In this document: one piece after another, positions 62,247 through 64,000 of the stretch
Position numbering within the stretch: the first letter of the stretch is position 1
Layout of the letters: the number at the start of each line of letters is the position of its first letter
DNA from: an uncultured Methanosarcinales archaeon
GTDB lineage: Archaea > Halobacteriota > Methanosarcinia > Methanotrichales > Methanotrichaceae
Assembly (NCBI GenBank): GCA_963843555.1
Contig: CAWJKV010000012.1
Coordinates: 54,666-118,665 of the forward strand
Direction of reading: 5' to 3'
DNA length: 64,000 nt
Made by a program: the position numbers and the translations under genes
Notes under the pieces: model-generated
Database searches by the model: none
The model's input: only the letters and a program-made list of their open reading frames with translations
What the model was told of the DNA's origin: nothing

Positions 62247-63567
62247 CTGATTCTCCACCTACATCTATTACATCTAGCTCTTCGACGATCGCGTCGACTC
62301 TAAGGGCATCCGCGAGGTTCGGGCGGGTTCTGCCTCCGTCTCCGGAGATCAGCTCTTTGATATAGAGACCGCTGTCGCCCCTGATATTGATGCGGGCCAA
62401 ATTGCCCGTGACCTCAATTAGATCCGCGCTGTGAACCTTCCGCACTCTGAGCTTATCTGCTCTTCGGTGGGACACGCGAGTTGGCGTACGCTGATCGATC
62501 GGTCCTACCAATTCAGTGAGGACCAATTTAAGCTTTTCTTCTGGAACCTCCGCCCCGAGCTTCACCAGCGCGGAATAGGTCTTCTGGAAGGTGGCTTCTT
62601 TGAGCCGTTCCACCATAGCGGAATCTGCCCTGGCCAGTTCCAATACCTCCACCTTTCCCAAAGCACTGCAGTTGATCTCTTCTTGCAGCTTCATGAGATC
62701 TATTGTTCGAACCCGTGGCCGCACGGCTTCAACTATGAAAGGTCTGCCTGTGCCGATCATTCGGGCGTCGATATCCTCGCGACCTGCACCATGGAAGACG
62801 GTGTCCTCGGCCTGGGCCGCTTCCATCACAGCAGGGCGGATCAGCTCATCGACTGACTCCTGGTACATGCGGCCGGTGCCGTTGCAACGCGGGCAGCCGC
62901 GACCGTGACACTCGCGGCAGGGCCATCTGGTCTGGGGAATGCCACGAACAAGTTTCCTGTAGCGGCCGCGCAGGTATAGCGATGCCACCTGCAGCTCTAT
63001 TTCGCCCTTCTCCAGGTTCAGGTGGACGACTACATCCGGGCTCTTCAAATCGACCTGTTTTCCCGTCTTCAGGGAGAGCCTTTTGCCAACTTCGCGATTG
63101 AGCTCGGACTTGAAGGGTTCGGCATGAGTGGAGCCGCCGTCCGCCTGGAGGAGTTCCTCGTTCTCGGCGAGAAGGCCGGACACCTTTGTGCCGACGACTA
63201 TGGTACTGTACTCGCGGCCCTGCAAGGCATCTGCCGCCTTCTCAGCCCAGGCATCGAGGTTTTGTGGCGACATCTCGCCCAGGCAGACAGTGCAGCGAGC
63301 GTCCTCCTCGTCCTTGCGGCCCAACTTGAGACGGGCCGACCGGAAAGAGGGCGCCAGCTCTTCCTGCATGGCTTTGTCCTCCGTGGCGGAAGCCTGCATG
63401 GCCAGCACGGTCTTAATGGAGCGCCCTCGCTCGGCATTGGTGAGACCTGTGGAGAGCATGGCAAACTGGCGGCCCAGGCAGTTGTCGCAGATAGGACCCA
63501 GGCGGACGATATTCCGGGCAGTCTCCAGAATGTCGTCTTTGGGATTACTTAGGTTCTCTTCACACAT
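62182..63567 (-). CDS. pus10: tRNA pseudouridine(54/55) synthase
   Basis: CDNCLGR, GRYRKLVRGIPQTRW, FHGAGREDIDARM.GTGRPF, QRTPTRV.HRRAD, GLYIKELISGD.GRT. Confidence 0.96.
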   Translation of the reverse strand: MCEENLSNPKDDILETARNIVRLGPICDNCLGRQFAMLSTGLTNAERGRSIKTVLAMQASATEDKAMQEELAPSFRSARLKLGRKDEEDARCTVCLGEMSPQNLDAWAEKAADALQGREYSTIVVGTKVSGLLAENEELLQADGGSTHAEPFKSELNREVGKRLSLKTGKQVDLKSPDVVVHLNLEKGEIELQVASLYLRGRYRKLVRGIPQTRWPCRECHGRGCPRCNGTGRMYQESVDELIRPAVMEAAQAEDTVFHGAGREDIDARMIGTGRPFIVEAVRPRVRTIDLMKLQEEINCSALGKVEVLELARADSAMVERLKEATFQKTYSALVKLGAEVPEEKLKLVLTELVGPIDQRTPTRVSHRRADKLRVRKVHSADLIEVTGNLARINIRGDSGLYIKELISGDGGRTRPNLADALRVDAIVEELDVIDVGGESDGTSSRNAEEVKRQAEQDCQG

Positions 63568-63784
63568 AATGACTCTTCTTTTTCAGGCAAATCGGGCTCA
63601 TGGTTTATTAGAGCTCGCATTTCGGGTTAACGAGCGCGATGCAAAGGGAGAAATGGGCCCTGTCGTACCCCGGGGGATATCTCACCTGTATTCAGGCGCC
63701 GGATGCCTGGCTATGCCCGATCCCTGCTCTGGTCTATTCTGACCGACCGCAAAACATGAAAGCTAAAAATGCCATGCAAGAATT

Positions 63785-64000
63785 ATGGCATTGAAGACGG
63801 CTCAAGCCATCCGTAGGAGGCACGGTATTGCAGAAGATACCGACTGGGTTCTATACGAATGGATCGAGGAGCATCCGGACTTGAGCATATATGAGTTGGC
63901 AAAGTCCATCAACCGGTCACATGGCAAGGTTTACTCTTCAGTGAAACGCCTCAGGGACGACGGATTGGTGAATGTGGAGACGGCCATTAGAAATAGGCGG
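63785..64000 (+). CDS. Winged-helix DNA-binding protein (runs off the window end)
   Basis: Manual translation: MALKTAQAIRRR...LYEWIEEHPDLSIYELAKSINRSHGKVYSSVKRLRDDGLV. Confidence 0.7.
   Translation, partial: MALKTAQAIRRRHGIAEDTDWVLYEWIEEHPDLSIYELAKSINRSHGKVYSSVKRLRDDGLVNVETAIRNRR

Noticed and set aside
328..63742. Numerous long ORFs antisense to or overlapping recognised genes (e.g. 328-1440, 17168-18403, 43880-45139)
   Set aside because: Shadow ORFs of GC-rich coding sequence without family motifs

Overview
Archaeal chromosomal window, most consistent with a Methanothrix (Methanosaeta)-like methanogen. This is inferred from the archaeal ribosomal/translation operons, a PGF-CTERM protein, NreA and the overall gene content; no rRNA or other taxonomic marker is present. 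It carries housekeeping genes (hisI, pyrH, cbiMNQO, xseAB, trpBA, ino1, serB, a GAPN-like ALDH, the rps19e-...-rpl39e-rpl31e-eIF6-rpl18a-pfdA-ftsY operon, and the pus10-rpl21e-rpo4-DUF655-ksgA operon). Accessory content includes two VapBC-type TA modules, a serpin, fasciclins, a large AT-rich TPR-repeat membrane protein, a sulfurtransferase plus MBL-rhodanese pair, and gene remnants. Many genes, including essential ftsY, are split by single-base indels, often in homopolymer runs; this points to uncorrected long-read errors, so I merged the fragments. Best candidates for undescribed biology: (1) a formate dehydrogenase alpha subunit with no fdhB, nested between split nfnB/nfnA-like genes and a formate channel, where the NfnA-like subunit has a Cys-substituted NAD-binding loop; (2) both TA modules sit between diverged direct repeats of neighbouring gene sequence, one a ~475-bp unit with a conserved micro-ORF and a methyltransferase stub cut at the same point; (3) a radical SAM/DUF4130 DNA-repair pair with PCNA-box-like C-termini near NreA; (4) an HPPD-like enzyme divergent from a DUF2148/RFAP-synthase-like operon across a 10-bp tandem array. 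All family assignments come from motif recognition, not database searches. No tRNA, rRNA or CRISPR array was recognised.
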